DNA from: Bacilli bacterium
GTDB lineage: Bacteria > Bacillota_I > Bacilli_A > RF39 > UBA660
DNA length: 64,000 nt
Assembly: GCA_017936845.1 (NCBI GenBank)
Contig: JAGBES010000021.1
Coordinates: 1,160-65,159 of the forward strand
Direction of reading: 5' to 3'
Position 1 is the stretch's first letter. Each line of letters begins with the position of its first letter. Positions 48,598 through 57,939 of the stretch are shown here, in pieces. The translations under genes were made by a program, and so were the position numbers. The notes under the pieces are model-generated. The model saw only the letters and a list, made by a program, of their open reading frames with translations, was not told the origin of the DNA and did not search any database.

Positions 48598-48620
48598 AAA
48601 GAGTGGGATTTCCCACTCTT
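48598..48620 (-). terminator. terminator-like hairpin in the leader of the rimP-nusA-infB operon
   Basis: AAGAGTGGGA/TCCCACTCTT stem followed by TTTAATATAATTT on the minus strand. It lies between a TGATATAAT extended -10 and the rimP RBS. Confidence 0.4.
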
Positions 48621-48722
48621 CGCTTCACTATTACAATTATATCATAAAATTCATTTTTTAAAACCTTTTTTTATAATTTTATAACTTTTTTTTATTTTAC
48701 ATGTTATAATAATATAGGTGAT

Positions 48723-49436
48723 ATGATGAAAAATAGCAAAAAATTTATAAATTATTTGGTTAATGCTTTATTAGGCTTTGGATGTATTTTTATTTATTTT
48801 TTTATTTCTGATTTAGAAATATATTTTCTAAGTTTGTTTGGAATTGATTATACTGAACTATCAACTTCCTTTAAAATTATATATTTAATTATTTGGGAAA
48901 TTGTAACTATATGTCTAATTGCACTTTTGTTAAATAAAAAACTATCAAAAGACTTTGAAAATATGAAAAAGAATCATAAACAATATTTTAAAAAATACTT
49001 TAAATTTTGGTTAATAGCTGTTGCAATCATGATGATTAGTAATCTATTTATAAATTTCTTTTTAGATAATGGTATATCTTCTAATGAAGAAACATTAAGA
49101 GAGATGTTTAAAATAAGTCCAATTTATATATTTTTTTCTTCTGTTATATATGCTCCTTTTGTAGAAGAATTAGTTTTTAGACAAAGTATAAAAAATATTA
49201 TTCCAAATAAGATTATATTTATTATTGTTTCTGGATTAATATTTGGTGGATTACATATTGTTAGTGGATATTCTGGTTTAACTGATTTACTATATTTAAT
49301 TCCTTATTGTGCTCCAGGGTTTGCTTTTGCATATATTTTAGCTGATTCTGACAATATATTTATTTCTATCGCTTTACATTTTATGCATAATGGTATATTA
49401 ATCGCATTACAATTTATATTATTAATTTTTTCATAA
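48723..49436 (+). CDS. CPBP family intramembrane glutamic endopeptidase (CAAX protease/Abi)
   Basis: PFVEELVFRQ (EExxxR), FGGLH, ALHFMHN. Confidence 0.75.
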   Translation: MMKNSKKFINYLVNALLGFGCIFIYFFISDLEIYFLSLFGIDYTELSTSFKIIYLIIWEIVTICLIALLLNKKLSKDFENMKKNHKQYFKKYFKFWLIAVAIMMISNLFINFFLDNGISSNEETLREMFKISPIYIFFSSVIYAPFVEELVFRQSIKNIIPNKIIFIIVSGLIFGGLHIVSGYSGLTDLLYLIPYCAPGFAFAYILADSDNIFISIALHFMHNGILIALQFILLIFS

Positions 49437-49488
49437 AAGAAGTTTTCTTCTTTTTTTTTATATGATAAAATAGTATTGGTGATAAAAA

Positions 49489-50367
49489 TTGAAAAAAGGA
49501 ACTGTAAAGAAAATAATTATATTTTTTATTATTTTAATTATTACAATTTCATCTATTCTTTTGTATAGTAGATTTATAGCTACAAAAAATATTCAAATTC
49601 ACGAATATAAAATAGTTAATAAAAATTTTACTGATGAATATTATGGTTTAAAAATTGTTCACATTTCAGATATCCATTATGGGAGAATTACTTTTGAAAA
49701 AGAATTAAATGAATTAGTAAAAAAAGTTAATATGACTAAACCAGATATTATTGTTTTTACTGGAGATTTAATTGATCAAGATAATAAATTAAACAATGAA
49801 GAAGCTGATAAAATTAGTTCTATTTTATCTGAAATGAATGCTACAGTAGGAAAGTATGCTATTAATGGTAACCATGATTATTATTTTAAAGATTGGGATT
49901 TAATTGTTGAAAACAGTGGTTTTAAAATACTAAATGATAATTATGATTTGATATATTTAAGAAACGATAAATATATAATGATTTCGGGCATGAGCACTAA
50001 TTCATATGGTAAAAAAAGCATAAATGAAAAATTAAATGATTCTAGTTCTTATCTAAAAGATAAGAAAGATGATGAAAAGCCAATATATTCTATTTTACTA
50101 ATGCATGAGCCTGATTATATTGACGATATTAATTTAAATGATTATAATCTAGTTCTTGCTGGTCATTCACACAATGGACAAGTAAGAATTCCTATAATTG
50201 GTGCTTTAAAATTTACTTTACCTATGGGTTCTAGAAAATACTATGATACATATTATAAAGTTAAAAATACTGATTTATATGTATCAAATGGTATAGGAAC
50301 ATCTACTGTTAACTTTAGATTATTTAATAAACCATCATTTAATCTCTATAGATTTACTAATAAATAA
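49489..50367 (+). CDS. membrane-anchored metallophosphoesterase (YkuE-like)
   Basis: HISDIHYG, TGDLID, GNHD, MHEP, GHSHNGQ. TTG start. Confidence 0.8.
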   Translation: MKKGTVKKIIIFFIILIITISSILLYSRFIATKNIQIHEYKIVNKNFTDEYYGLKIVHISDIHYGRITFEKELNELVKKVNMTKPDIIVFTGDLIDQDNKLNNEEADKISSILSEMNATVGKYAINGNHDYYFKDWDLIVENSGFKILNDNYDLIYLRNDKYIMISGMSTNSYGKKSINEKLNDSSSYLKDKKDDEKPIYSILLMHEPDYIDDINLNDYNLVLAGHSHNGQVRIPIIGALKFTLPMGSRKYYDTYYKVKNTDLYVSNGIGTSTVNFRLFNKPSFNLYRFTNK

Positions 50368-50435
50368 GTTATATACTTATTTTTTTTTAATATATTTCAT
50401 ATAATTTAATAAAATATAATTAAGATAAAAATAAA

Positions 50436-50456
50436 AACCGTTGAAATTCAACGGTT
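50436..50456 (-). terminator. terminator downstream of tRNA-Ala
   Basis: AACCGTTG/CAACGGTT stem with a T-run on the minus strand. Confidence 0.5.
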
Positions 50457-50466
50457 AAATATCATA

Positions 50467-50543
50467 TGGTGGAGAATAAGGGATTCGAACCCTTGACCTC
50501 CACGGTGCAAGCGTGGCGCTCTAGCCAACTGAGCTAATTCCCC
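50467..50543 (-). tRNA. tRNA-Ala (anticodon UGC), CCA encoded
   Basis: Reverse complement is GGGGAATTAGCTCAGTTGGCTAGAGCGCCACGCTTGCACCGTGGAGGTCAAGGGTTCGAATCCCTTATTCTCCACCA. Cloverleaf with a G3:U70 pair, anticodon loop CTTGCAC and a GTTCGAATC T-loop. Confidence 0.95.
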
Positions 50544-50556
50544 ATACAACGCTAAA

Positions 50557-50586
50557 ATTATATCACATAAATTAAATTATTGTCAA
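50557..50586 (-). promoter_or_regulatory. sigma-A promoter of the tRNA-Ala gene
   Basis: Minus strand TTGACA-N18-TATAAT, with the -10 ending about 13 nt before the mature 5' end. Confidence 0.5.
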
Positions 50587-50680
50587 CATTTTTTAATTAA
50601 TTTTTTTATTAACAAACTGAAGTAGTACCATAATTTAGAATTTTCATATAATAAATTAGAAAATATAGGGAGGGATATTT

Positions 50681-51670
50681 TTGAAAAAAATATTATTTTC
50701 ACTAGGTATTGTTTTAATAGCAGTCATAATTGCTTTAACAATATTTATGTGTACTAGAAAAGAAAGTAATCTAAAGAAAATAAAAGTTGCTGAAGTTACA
50801 CACTCTGTTTTTTATGCACCACAATATGTAGCTCATTCATTAGGATATTATGAAGATGAAGGATTAGATGTTGAAATAATATTAACACCAGGAGCTGATG
50901 CTGTTGCAGCTGCTGTATTATCTGGCGATGTACAAATAGGATTTTGTGGAAGTGAACAAACAATATATATATATAATCAAGGTGAAAAAGATTATTTAAT
51001 TAATTTTTCTGCACTTACTAAAAAAGATGGAAGTTTCCTAATTTCAAGAAAAGAAAATAAAAACTTCAAAATTACAGATTTAAAAGGTAGTCATATAATT
51101 GCTGGTAGAAAAGGTGGAATGCCTTCTATGACTTTGAAATGGGCATTAAATCAAAATGGTATAAATACTGATAAAGATTTAAATTTTGATACAAGTATTG
51201 CTTTTGCATCTATGAATGGTGCATTTATAGGAGGAACTGGTGACTATGTAACAGCTTTTGAACCTTCAGCTTCACAATTAGTTAAACAAGGATATGGTTA
51301 TATTGTAGCTTCAATAGGTGAATTAGGTGGGAATGTACCATATACAACTTATAATGCTAGAAAAAGCTATATAAATAAAAATAAAGATGTTATAGAAGGA
51401 TTTACAAAAGCTACTAAAAGAGGACTTGACTATGTTCATAATCATACTGCTAAAGAAATTGCTAATACAATTACTTCATACTTTCCAGATGTTTCATATA
51501 ATGAACTAGTTAATGCAATAGAGAAATATAAAAATATAGATTCATGGTATGAAACAACAGAAATAAATGAAAAAGATTTTAATCATATACAAGAAATTAT
51601 AAAAAATGATAATGAACTTGATAAAAAAGCACCTTTTGATAAATTAGTAGATAACTCATTTTCTAAATAA
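50681..51670 (+). CDS. ABC transporter substrate-binding protein (NMT1/SsuA/ThiY-like)
   Basis: N-terminal anchor. Periplasmic-binding fold resembling the sulfonate/nitrate/HMP family (VTHSVFYAPQYVA, GADAVAAAVLSG). No riboswitch is recognisable upstream. Confidence 0.7.
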   Translation: MKKILFSLGIVLIAVIIALTIFMCTRKESNLKKIKVAEVTHSVFYAPQYVAHSLGYYEDEGLDVEIILTPGADAVAAAVLSGDVQIGFCGSEQTIYIYNQGEKDYLINFSALTKKDGSFLISRKENKNFKITDLKGSHIIAGRKGGMPSMTLKWALNQNGINTDKDLNFDTSIAFASMNGAFIGGTGDYVTAFEPSASQLVKQGYGYIVASIGELGGNVPYTTYNARKSYINKNKDVIEGFTKATKRGLDYVHNHTAKEIANTITSYFPDVSYNELVNAIEKYKNIDSWYETTEINEKDFNHIQEIIKNDNELDKKAPFDKLVDNSFSK

Positions 51671-52089
51671 TGAATAAAATATTAGAAGTTAAAAATTTAA
51701 GAAAAATTTATCACACTAAAAAAGATGAAATATTAGCTGTTGATGATTTTTCTTTTGATTTATATAAAGGTGAATTTGTTTCAATAGTTGGTCCTAGCGG
51801 TTGTGGCAAAAGTACCATTTTGTCAATATTATGTAATCTTATTGATCATAGTGACGGAAAAATAAAATTTAATAATGATTCAAAAATTGGATATATGTTA
51901 CAAGATGATAGTTTATTTGATTTTAGAAATATTTTAAGCAATTGTCTAATAGGATTAGAGATTAATAAAAATTTAAATCAAGAAAATAAAGAATATGTAG
52001 AAAAGTTATTAAAAGATTATGGATTATACGAATTTAAAGATAAATATCCAGATAATTTATCTGGTGGAATGAGACAGAGAGTTGTATGA
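51670..52089 (+). pseudogene. 5' part of an ABC transporter ATPase gene, cut after the signature motif by an inserted element
   Basis: Walker A GPSGCGKST, Q-loop, signature LSGGMRQRV, then V-stop supplied by foreign sequence. Walker B and the H-loop are missing here and are found at 63805-64000. Confidence 0.85.
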
Positions 52090-52104
52090 AGTTAGTATAG
52101 ACAC
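52078..52104. repeat. attL: 7-bp core AGAGTTG (52078-52084) plus element-internal arm AGTATAGACAC (52094-52104)
   Basis: The core is repeated at 63808-63814. The arm is the perfect reverse complement of 63789-63799. Confidence 0.75.
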
Positions 52105-52152
52105 AAGTGTAATAATTAGGATTTGCTTATAACCATTATAGATAAAGGAGAA

Positions 52153-52554
52153 ATGATTATTATGTTATTAGAAAATAATACAGAAAAAGTAATTGATTTA
52201 ATAGATAAATTTGATAAATTAAATGATAAAGATAAAATCAGATTAGCAATATATATAATGGAAAATAAAAGTTTTAATACTACATTTAATATAAGAGATA
52301 TAATTATTCTTTTAAAAGAAGTAATGGATATACTTGATGATAGTTATTTAAAAACAATAGTTAATTTTAGTAAATATGAAAAATTATTATTGTTATCCTC
52401 AAAATATTTAGAACTATCTGAAAATGAAAAGAAATGTTTCACAGTTGAAATGTTATTTAATATTTACGAAAATGATTTTAATAATAAGATTATAAATGCA
52501 GAAATTAATAGGAACTTGCTAATATATGATTATTGTTATTCTGTAATAAATTAA
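52153..52554 (+). CDS. hypothetical protein (element cargo)
   Basis: ORF behind an AAAGGAG RBS. The start is ambiguous (52153 or 52162). Helical-looking, no motif. Confidence 0.4.
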   Translation: MIIMLLENNTEKVIDLIDKFDKLNDKDKIRLAIYIMENKSFNTTFNIRDIIILLKEVMDILDDSYLKTIVNFSKYEKLLLLSSKYLELSENEKKCFTVEMLFNIYENDFNNKIINAEINRNLLIYDYCYSVIN

Positions 52555-52587
52555 AACAAAAGATATGGAATTTGCATCCATATCTTT

Positions 52588-53376
52588 TTATCTATGTTTT
52601 TCATTTTCATCTAACGTAGGAAATCCCCAGTCAATATCATCTCCGAAATCAGATATTATTTCTTGTTGAGATATCGGTTGTGACTTAGCTTGAACGTCCT
52701 GTTGATCTAACTGATTTAATATTTGTGCATATCCTTCAAAAATAGGTTCTGCTTGTAATCTTTTTTTTGTTATTTCTAATACCTTTTTATATCTTTCTTT
52801 CACCTTAGATAATGTATCTTCAGACATAATTCTTTCAAATTTTTTATTAATTCTTACAGCCTGTTTTTCTACATCATAACATCCAATTATAAACTGTGAA
52901 TCAACATATAAATTCATATTTTGATTTTCATCATACATTTCTGTCATAAAAGCCCCATATTTTTCGCCTTGCAAATCACCATTATCTGCAGATTGATTTA
53001 TATACTCATTTGGCAAACGAAGAATTATAATTTTTTTAGAATCTTTATGATCCCAATTATTAAATTCATTTTCAACTTCTTCTAAAGTTGGAGGATTTAA
53101 ACCCAATTCTTGATATTTAGATATCATTTCTAGGGTTGGCATTCCCATTTGCTTTGACGTCTTATATAGTGAATTATCTTTTGTTCTTAATCCCATTTCA
53201 AAAATAGAATCCACAACACTTTCGTCATTACCTTTTCTACCTGTTCCATGAGCATAATATGAATAACCTGATTCAGACAATATAGGTTCTAATTGCTCCA
53301 TAGTTACATAAATTTCTTCAGTATTTACCATTTTTATTTCATCATTTTTATTTTTCATATTGTTCCTCACTTGCAT
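52588..53376 (-). CDS. hypothetical protein (element cargo, 262 aa)
   Basis: Long ORF of non-low-complexity sequence. No motif I can name. Confidence 0.45.
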   Translation of the reverse strand: MQVRNNMKNKNDEIKMVNTEEIYVTMEQLEPILSESGYSYYAHGTGRKGNDESVVDSIFEMGLRTKDNSLYKTSKQMGMPTLEMISKYQELGLNPPTLEEVENEFNNWDHKDSKKIIILRLPNEYINQSADNGDLQGEKYGAFMTEMYDENQNMNLYVDSQFIIGCYDVEKQAVRINKKFERIMSEDTLSKVKERYKKVLEITKKRLQAEPIFEGYAQILNQLDQQDVQAKSQPISQQEIISDFGDDIDWGFPTLDENEKHR

Positions 53377-53425
53377 TATACCATTTTAATTTAAAAAAAT
53401 ATATTTTCCCCATATTTTTTAAAAA

Positions 53426-56029
53426 TTAATCCTTAAATTTTTTTCTTAATACTGACTTAAATAATTCATCAATTAAGAAAATACATATACATACTCCTAC
53501 ACAATATAAAACTTGTAATATATTTAATGATACAATATTAAATATAGATTTAAGTGGAGTAGTAAATATAATAATTTGTATTAAAATTAAAATAATCATA
53601 CTTTTATTCATATAACTATTTCCAAACATTCCAGTTTCAAAAATGCTTTTCTTTAAATTTCTACAGGAGTATGCAAAAATCATTTCTAATATTATCAAAG
53701 TTAAAAATGCCATTGTAGTACCATCATTTATTCCATATAACTCTTTATTTAAGAAATATACAAGAATAACCGCAATTGTTTTTAAAATTGATGAGATAAT
53801 AATTTTTGAAATGAGAAATGGTGTAAAAAATGAACTATCTTTTTTTCTAACATTTCTACTCATAATATCACTTTGTTCTTTTTCAAATGCAAGCGCTATT
53901 GCAGGTATTGAATCTGTTATTAAATTTATATATAAAAGTTGAATAGGTAAAAATATTTCTAATCCAAATATCATACCTAAAAATACTATTAAAACCTCTG
54001 CAATATTACCTGTCAATAAATAAACTAAAACATTTCTAATGTTATCATATATTCTTCTACCTTCTTTTACTGCAGTAACTATTGTTGAAAAACTATCATC
54101 AGAAAGTATTATATCCGAAACCCCCTTTGAAACTTCTGTCCCAGTTATTCCCATACCAACACCAATATTTGCATTTTTAAGTGCTGGTGCATCATTTACT
54201 CCATCACCAGTCATAGCAACAATTTTATTATTAGCTTTCCAAGCATTTACAATCGATAATTTATTTATAGGACTAACTCTAGCGTAAACAGAAAAATTAT
54301 TAACAATATCTTTAAGTTCTTCTTCGGAATATTTATCTAATTCAATTCCTGAAATTGCCTCATCATCAGTTTCTAGTATTCCTATTTCTTTTGCTATTGA
54401 AGTTGCAGTTGACAAGCTATCTCCTGTAATCATTATTGGTTTAATATGTGCTAATTTACACATCTCTATTGCTTCTTTTACATCATCTCTAGGTGGATCC
54501 ATCATACAAGTCATTCCAACAAATACAAGTTCAGATTCAAGATTATTATTTAATTCATATTCATTATTTAAATCTTTATATGCGAAAGATAGAATCCTAA
54601 ACGCTTTATTTGATTCTTGAATTTCTATTTCTTTTAATTCTTTTATTTTATCATCAGTTAATTTTTTTATTTTTCCATCTTCTAATATTCTATTACAGCA
54701 TTTAATAATAGAATCGAAACTACCTTTTGTTAATATCTTATTGCAATCATCAAATCGATTAATTGTAGACATCATTTTTCTATCAGAGTCAAAGGGCAAT
54801 TCATCTATTCTTTGGTGTTCATTTTTAATATGATCTACATCCAAAGTACATTCACAATAATTATATAAAGCTATTTCTGTTGGATCACCAATATATTCAT
54901 TTTCATTCTTACAAACATCATTATTTAAAATCATAATATCAAGAAGCAAGTTTTCAAGTAATGTATCATTTTCATTATATAAATTATTATCATAATATAA
55001 TTCTCTAATTTTCATTTTATTTTGAGTTATAGTACCTGTTTTATCAGAACAAATAATTTCAGTACAACCTAGTGTTTCAACAGAAGACATCTTTCTAACA
55101 ATAGCTTTCTTTTTCGCCATTGAACTTATTCCTAACGAAAGTGTAATAGTAATAACCGCAGGTAGTCCCTCAGGTATTGCAGCAACTGCAAGTGATATAG
55201 AAAGCATTATTACTTCGGTTATTTCCATACCTTTAATAATTCCAACTATAAACATAACAACTATTATAACTGCTATTATTAGAGATAATACCTTGCTTAT
55301 TTCATTTATTTTCATTTCAAGTGGTGTTATTTCTTTTTCTTCATTATTTAAACTATTTGCAATTTTTCCTATTTCAGTTTTCATTCCTATCTCAGTCACA
55401 ACTGCAAGTGCTTTTCCATAAACCACATTTGTTCCTGAATAAATCATATTTTTTCTTTCCGATAGTGCAACATCACTTTCAAGTTTTACAATACTTTTGC
55501 TTACAGCTAATGATTCACCAGTAAGAGAAGATTCATCAACTTTGAGTGATGCCTCCCATATTAATCTAGCATCAGCTGGGACAGTATCTCCAGCCTCTAG
55601 CACAAGAATATCACCTCTAACAATTTCTTCACTATTTATAATATATATATTTCCATTTCTTTTTACTTTTACTTTTGATACTTGCATTTTCTTTAACGAA
55701 TCTATAGCTTTATCTGCCTTTAATTCTTGAGCAAAACCTAATATAGCATTAATAATTACTATTGCTAAAATTATAATACTATCTGTAAATGATTCATTAT
55801 TCAATAAAGATATTATAAATGAAATTATCGATGATATTATCAAAATAATTATCATTAAATCTTTAAATTCATTTAGAAATTTTAGAAAATTAGATTGTTT
55901 TTTATTATCCTGTAATTTATTATAACCTTCTTTTTTCAGTCTTTTTTCTACTTCGCTAGATGAAAGCCCATTTCTCGATGTAGATAAGTTCTTTAATACT
56001 TCCTCAACATTTAAATTATAGTATCTCAT
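53426..56029 (-). CDS. P-type cation-transporting ATPase, type IIA-like (Ca2+-ATPase-like)
   Basis: TGES, phosphorylation site CSDKTGTITQN, MITGD, hinge TGDGVNDAPAL, and 10 TM. Start probably ATG 56029. Confidence 0.9.
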   Translation of the reverse strand: MRYYNLNVEEVLKNLSTSRNGLSSSEVEKRLKKEGYNKLQDNKKQSNFLKFLNEFKDLMIIILIISSIISFIISLLNNESFTDSIIILAIVIINAILGFAQELKADKAIDSLKKMQVSKVKVKRNGNIYIINSEEIVRGDILVLEAGDTVPADARLIWEASLKVDESSLTGESLAVSKSIVKLESDVALSERKNMIYSGTNVVYGKALAVVTEIGMKTEIGKIANSLNNEEKEITPLEMKINEISKVLSLIIAVIIVVMFIVGIIKGMEITEVIMLSISLAVAAIPEGLPAVITITLSLGISSMAKKKAIVRKMSSVETLGCTEIICSDKTGTITQNKMKIRELYYDNNLYNENDTLLENLLLDIMILNNDVCKNENEYIGDPTEIALYNYCECTLDVDHIKNEHQRIDELPFDSDRKMMSTINRFDDCNKILTKGSFDSIIKCCNRILEDGKIKKLTDDKIKELKEIEIQESNKAFRILSFAYKDLNNEYELNNNLESELVFVGMTCMMDPPRDDVKEAIEMCKLAHIKPIMITGDSLSTATSIAKEIGILETDDEAISGIELDKYSEEELKDIVNNFSVYARVSPINKLSIVNAWKANNKIVAMTGDGVNDAPALKNANIGVGMGITGTEVSKGVSDIILSDDSFSTIVTAVKEGRRIYDNIRNVLVYLLTGNIAEVLIVFLGMIFGLEIFLPIQLLYINLITDSIPAIALAFEKEQSDIMSRNVRKKDSSFFTPFLISKIIISSILKTIAVILVYFLNKELYGINDGTTMAFLTLIILEMIFAYSCRNLKKSIFETGMFGNSYMNKSMIILILIQIIIFTTPLKSIFNIVSLNILQVLYCVGVCICIFLIDELFKSVLRKKFKD

Positions 56030-56039
56030 ATTGCACAAC

Positions 56040-56195
56040 CTATTTATCTAATTTAACTTCTTTCCAATTATTTTTTTTATCAATTTCATCTAAATTTTTC
56101 AAAGTTTCTTTAATAATTTTTTCCTGTTTTTTCATAGTTTTCTCTAATTTATTTAATTTGCGATTAAATTTTAACTTTTCTATTTTTTTATTCAT
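56040..56195 (-). CDS. small Lys-rich coiled-coil protein (51 aa) coupled to the P-type ATPase gene
   Basis: AAGGAG RBS 7 nt before ATG 56195. The stop lies about 10 nt before the ATPase start. Confidence 0.35.
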   Translation of the reverse strand: MNKKIEKLKFNRKLNKLEKTMKKQEKIIKETLKNLDEIDKKNNWKEVKLDK

Positions 56196-56210
56196 ACTGC
56201 TCTCCTTTAT

Positions 56211-56273
56211 TATAATTATTACTTCAATTTTAATTATACCACACTTCAAACATAATTGAAGTAATAATTATAT
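56211..56273. promoter_or_regulatory. perfect 19-bp inverted repeat (operator-like) bracketing the ATPase-operon promoter
   Basis: TATAATTATTACTTCAATT (56211-56229) and AATTGAAGTAATAATTATA (56255-56273). The 25-nt spacer contains a minus-strand TGGTATAAT extended -10. The right arm overlaps a plus-strand TTGAAG -35. Confidence 0.5.
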
Positions 56274-56315
56274 AATTTTAATATAAAATTCAAAAAATAA
56301 TAATGGAGGTATTAA

Positions 56316-56654
56316 ATGAAAAATGCTACTACAATGAACAATTTGAAAAAGATAGTAAAAGCAAAAAATAAATCACTAACATCATTAGCTGTAGAGTTAG
56401 AAGTTTCACAAGAAGCAATTAGTCAATATATTAGTGGTAAAATAAAGCCTAAAACTTCCACTATTATTCAAATGGCAAAAATATTAAATACAACTACTGA
56501 TTATTTACTTGACTTAACTGACAATCCTAATCCATCAGATTTTGTACTATCTGAAAAAGAAAATATGATTATAAATAACTATCGTTCATTTGATGATACA
56601 AATAAGATTAAAGTAGAAACATACATTGAAGCAATTAAAGATTTGTACAAATAA
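56316..56654 (+). CDS. XRE-family HTH transcriptional regulator
   Basis: LTSLAVELEVSQEAISQYISGKIKP HTH. Transcribed divergently from the ATPase operon. Confidence 0.8.
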   Translation: MKNATTMNNLKKIVKAKNKSLTSLAVELEVSQEAISQYISGKIKPKTSTIIQMAKILNTTTDYLLDLTDNPNPSDFVLSEKENMIINNYRSFDDTNKIKVETYIEAIKDLYK

Positions 56655-56686
56655 AAAGATATATCATACTACACGATATATCTTTT
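56654..56686 (+). terminator. terminator of the HTH regulator gene
   Basis: 12-bp stem AAAAGATATATC/GATATATCTTTT followed by TT. Confidence 0.65.
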
Positions 56687-56747
56687 TTATGACGTTATGA
56701 CATCTTTTTTCACTAACCCCTAGCAAATAAAAATGTCATAAATGTCA

Positions 56748-57488
56748 TTATTCATTATCTTCTAAAAAATAATTAACAAGTTTCTCATAATTATCTTGGC
56801 TATTTAAGCAAGTATCAATTAAATAACCTTTTACATTATTTGTTTGATATTCTTTTATTCCTCTTATATAAAAATCTTTATTTCTATCTTCTATATAGAA
56901 AGGCATAATATCATTATATAAACATTCTCTAAACATTATCATTCTACCAACTCTACCATTTCCATCTTGGAATGGGTGAATCTTCTCAAATCTAACATGA
57001 AATTCAATAATGTCTTCAATACTTTTTTTATCAATTTTATCGTACCAATTCATTAATTCTTTCATGTCATTTTGAACATTATTTGGTAATGATGTAGTAA
57101 TATTTCCAACAAAGTTTTTTCTTTTTTTATAATCTCCAACATTAAACCATTCTTTTTCACTATCAGTTAAAGTTCCATCTTTTAAGATAAAATGAAATTT
57201 TTTTATCATATCTTCTGATAATTTATCATCTATTGTATCTAACATATATTTAAATAAAGTAAAATGATTTTTTGTTTCAGTAGCATCTTTTAATACTATT
57301 ACTTTTTCACTACTTGTTAAAATAGTTCCTGTATCATAAATACTTGCTGTTTCATCTGGAGTAATAGTTGAACCTTCAATATGATTAGTATTATATGCAA
57401 AATCAAGTTGTGTCTTATGATAAAGACTACCAGATAAATTCATGTTTTTTTGTTCTATTAAAGCTTTCTTAATATCTTTTACTTCCAT
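56748..57488 (-). CDS. Fic/Fido domain protein (class II, N-terminal inhibitory motif)
   Basis: Active-site motif HPFQDGNGRVGR. N-terminal TNHIEG fits the (S/T)xxxE(G/N) inhibitory motif. Start at ATG 57488 (AAAGGAAAGGAG RBS). Confidence 0.85.
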   Translation of the reverse strand: MEVKDIKKALIEQKNMNLSGSLYHKTQLDFAYNTNHIEGSTITPDETASIYDTGTILTSSEKVIVLKDATETKNHFTLFKYMLDTIDDKLSEDMIKKFHFILKDGTLTDSEKEWFNVGDYKKRKNFVGNITTSLPNNVQNDMKELMNWYDKIDKKSIEDIIEFHVRFEKIHPFQDGNGRVGRMIMFRECLYNDIMPFYIEDRNKDFYIRGIKEYQTNNVKGYLIDTCLNSQDNYEKLVNYFLEDNE

Positions 57489-57489
57489 A

Positions 57490-57939
57490 TTATTCTCCTT
57501 TCCTTTTATTGAAAGTTTTTTCAATAAGTTCTTTTGTTTCTTTATTAGCACTATATACTGATAAATAATTAAATAATAAGGCAATAGTTAAAAGTGAATA
57601 AGTGAATATAATTACATATATATTACTTTTAATACTACTTTGTATCATTTCTAAAAACATTACGCTTAAATACATTAAACCACTTAATACTATTATAATA
57701 GCAGTAGCATCATCAAATGATCTTTTAATTGACTTAGATTTATTATGGTCTAAATCAATTCCAATTCTACTCCAAGTATGTACATAAAACACTTCACAAA
57801 TTAACATTAATGATACTAATATCCAGTATATAGCACACGCTATATCTTTTTTAGTGATTAAATATATTACCATTGCAAATAGTAATAAAATGTTTGTAAT
57901 TATAACTAGATATTTACTTAAATTAATTTTTCTTTGCAT
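57490..57939 (-). CDS. 4-TM membrane protein, translationally coupled between the repressor and fic
   Basis: AAGGAGG RBS before ATG 57939. The stop is 1 nt before the fic ATG. Four hydrophobic helices. Confidence 0.5.
   Translation of the reverse strand: MQRKINLSKYLVIITNILLLFAMVIYLITKKDIACAIYWILVSLMLICEVFYVHTWSRIGIDLDHNKSKSIKRSFDDATAIIIVLSGLMYLSVMFLEMIQSSIKSNIYVIIFTYSLLTIALLFNYLSVYSANKETKELIEKTFNKRKGE

Noticed and set aside
56687-56752. ATGAC(A/G)T-containing repeats (TTATGACGTTATGACAT ... ATGTCATAAATGTCAT) between the XRE gene terminator and the fic stop, considered as a second operator or site-specific recombination site.
   Set aside because: The arms are imperfect and separated by about 30 nt in a convergent-gene gap, with no adjacent promoter. 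This fits a weak bidirectional terminator or chance AT-rich symmetry, and I cannot support a function.
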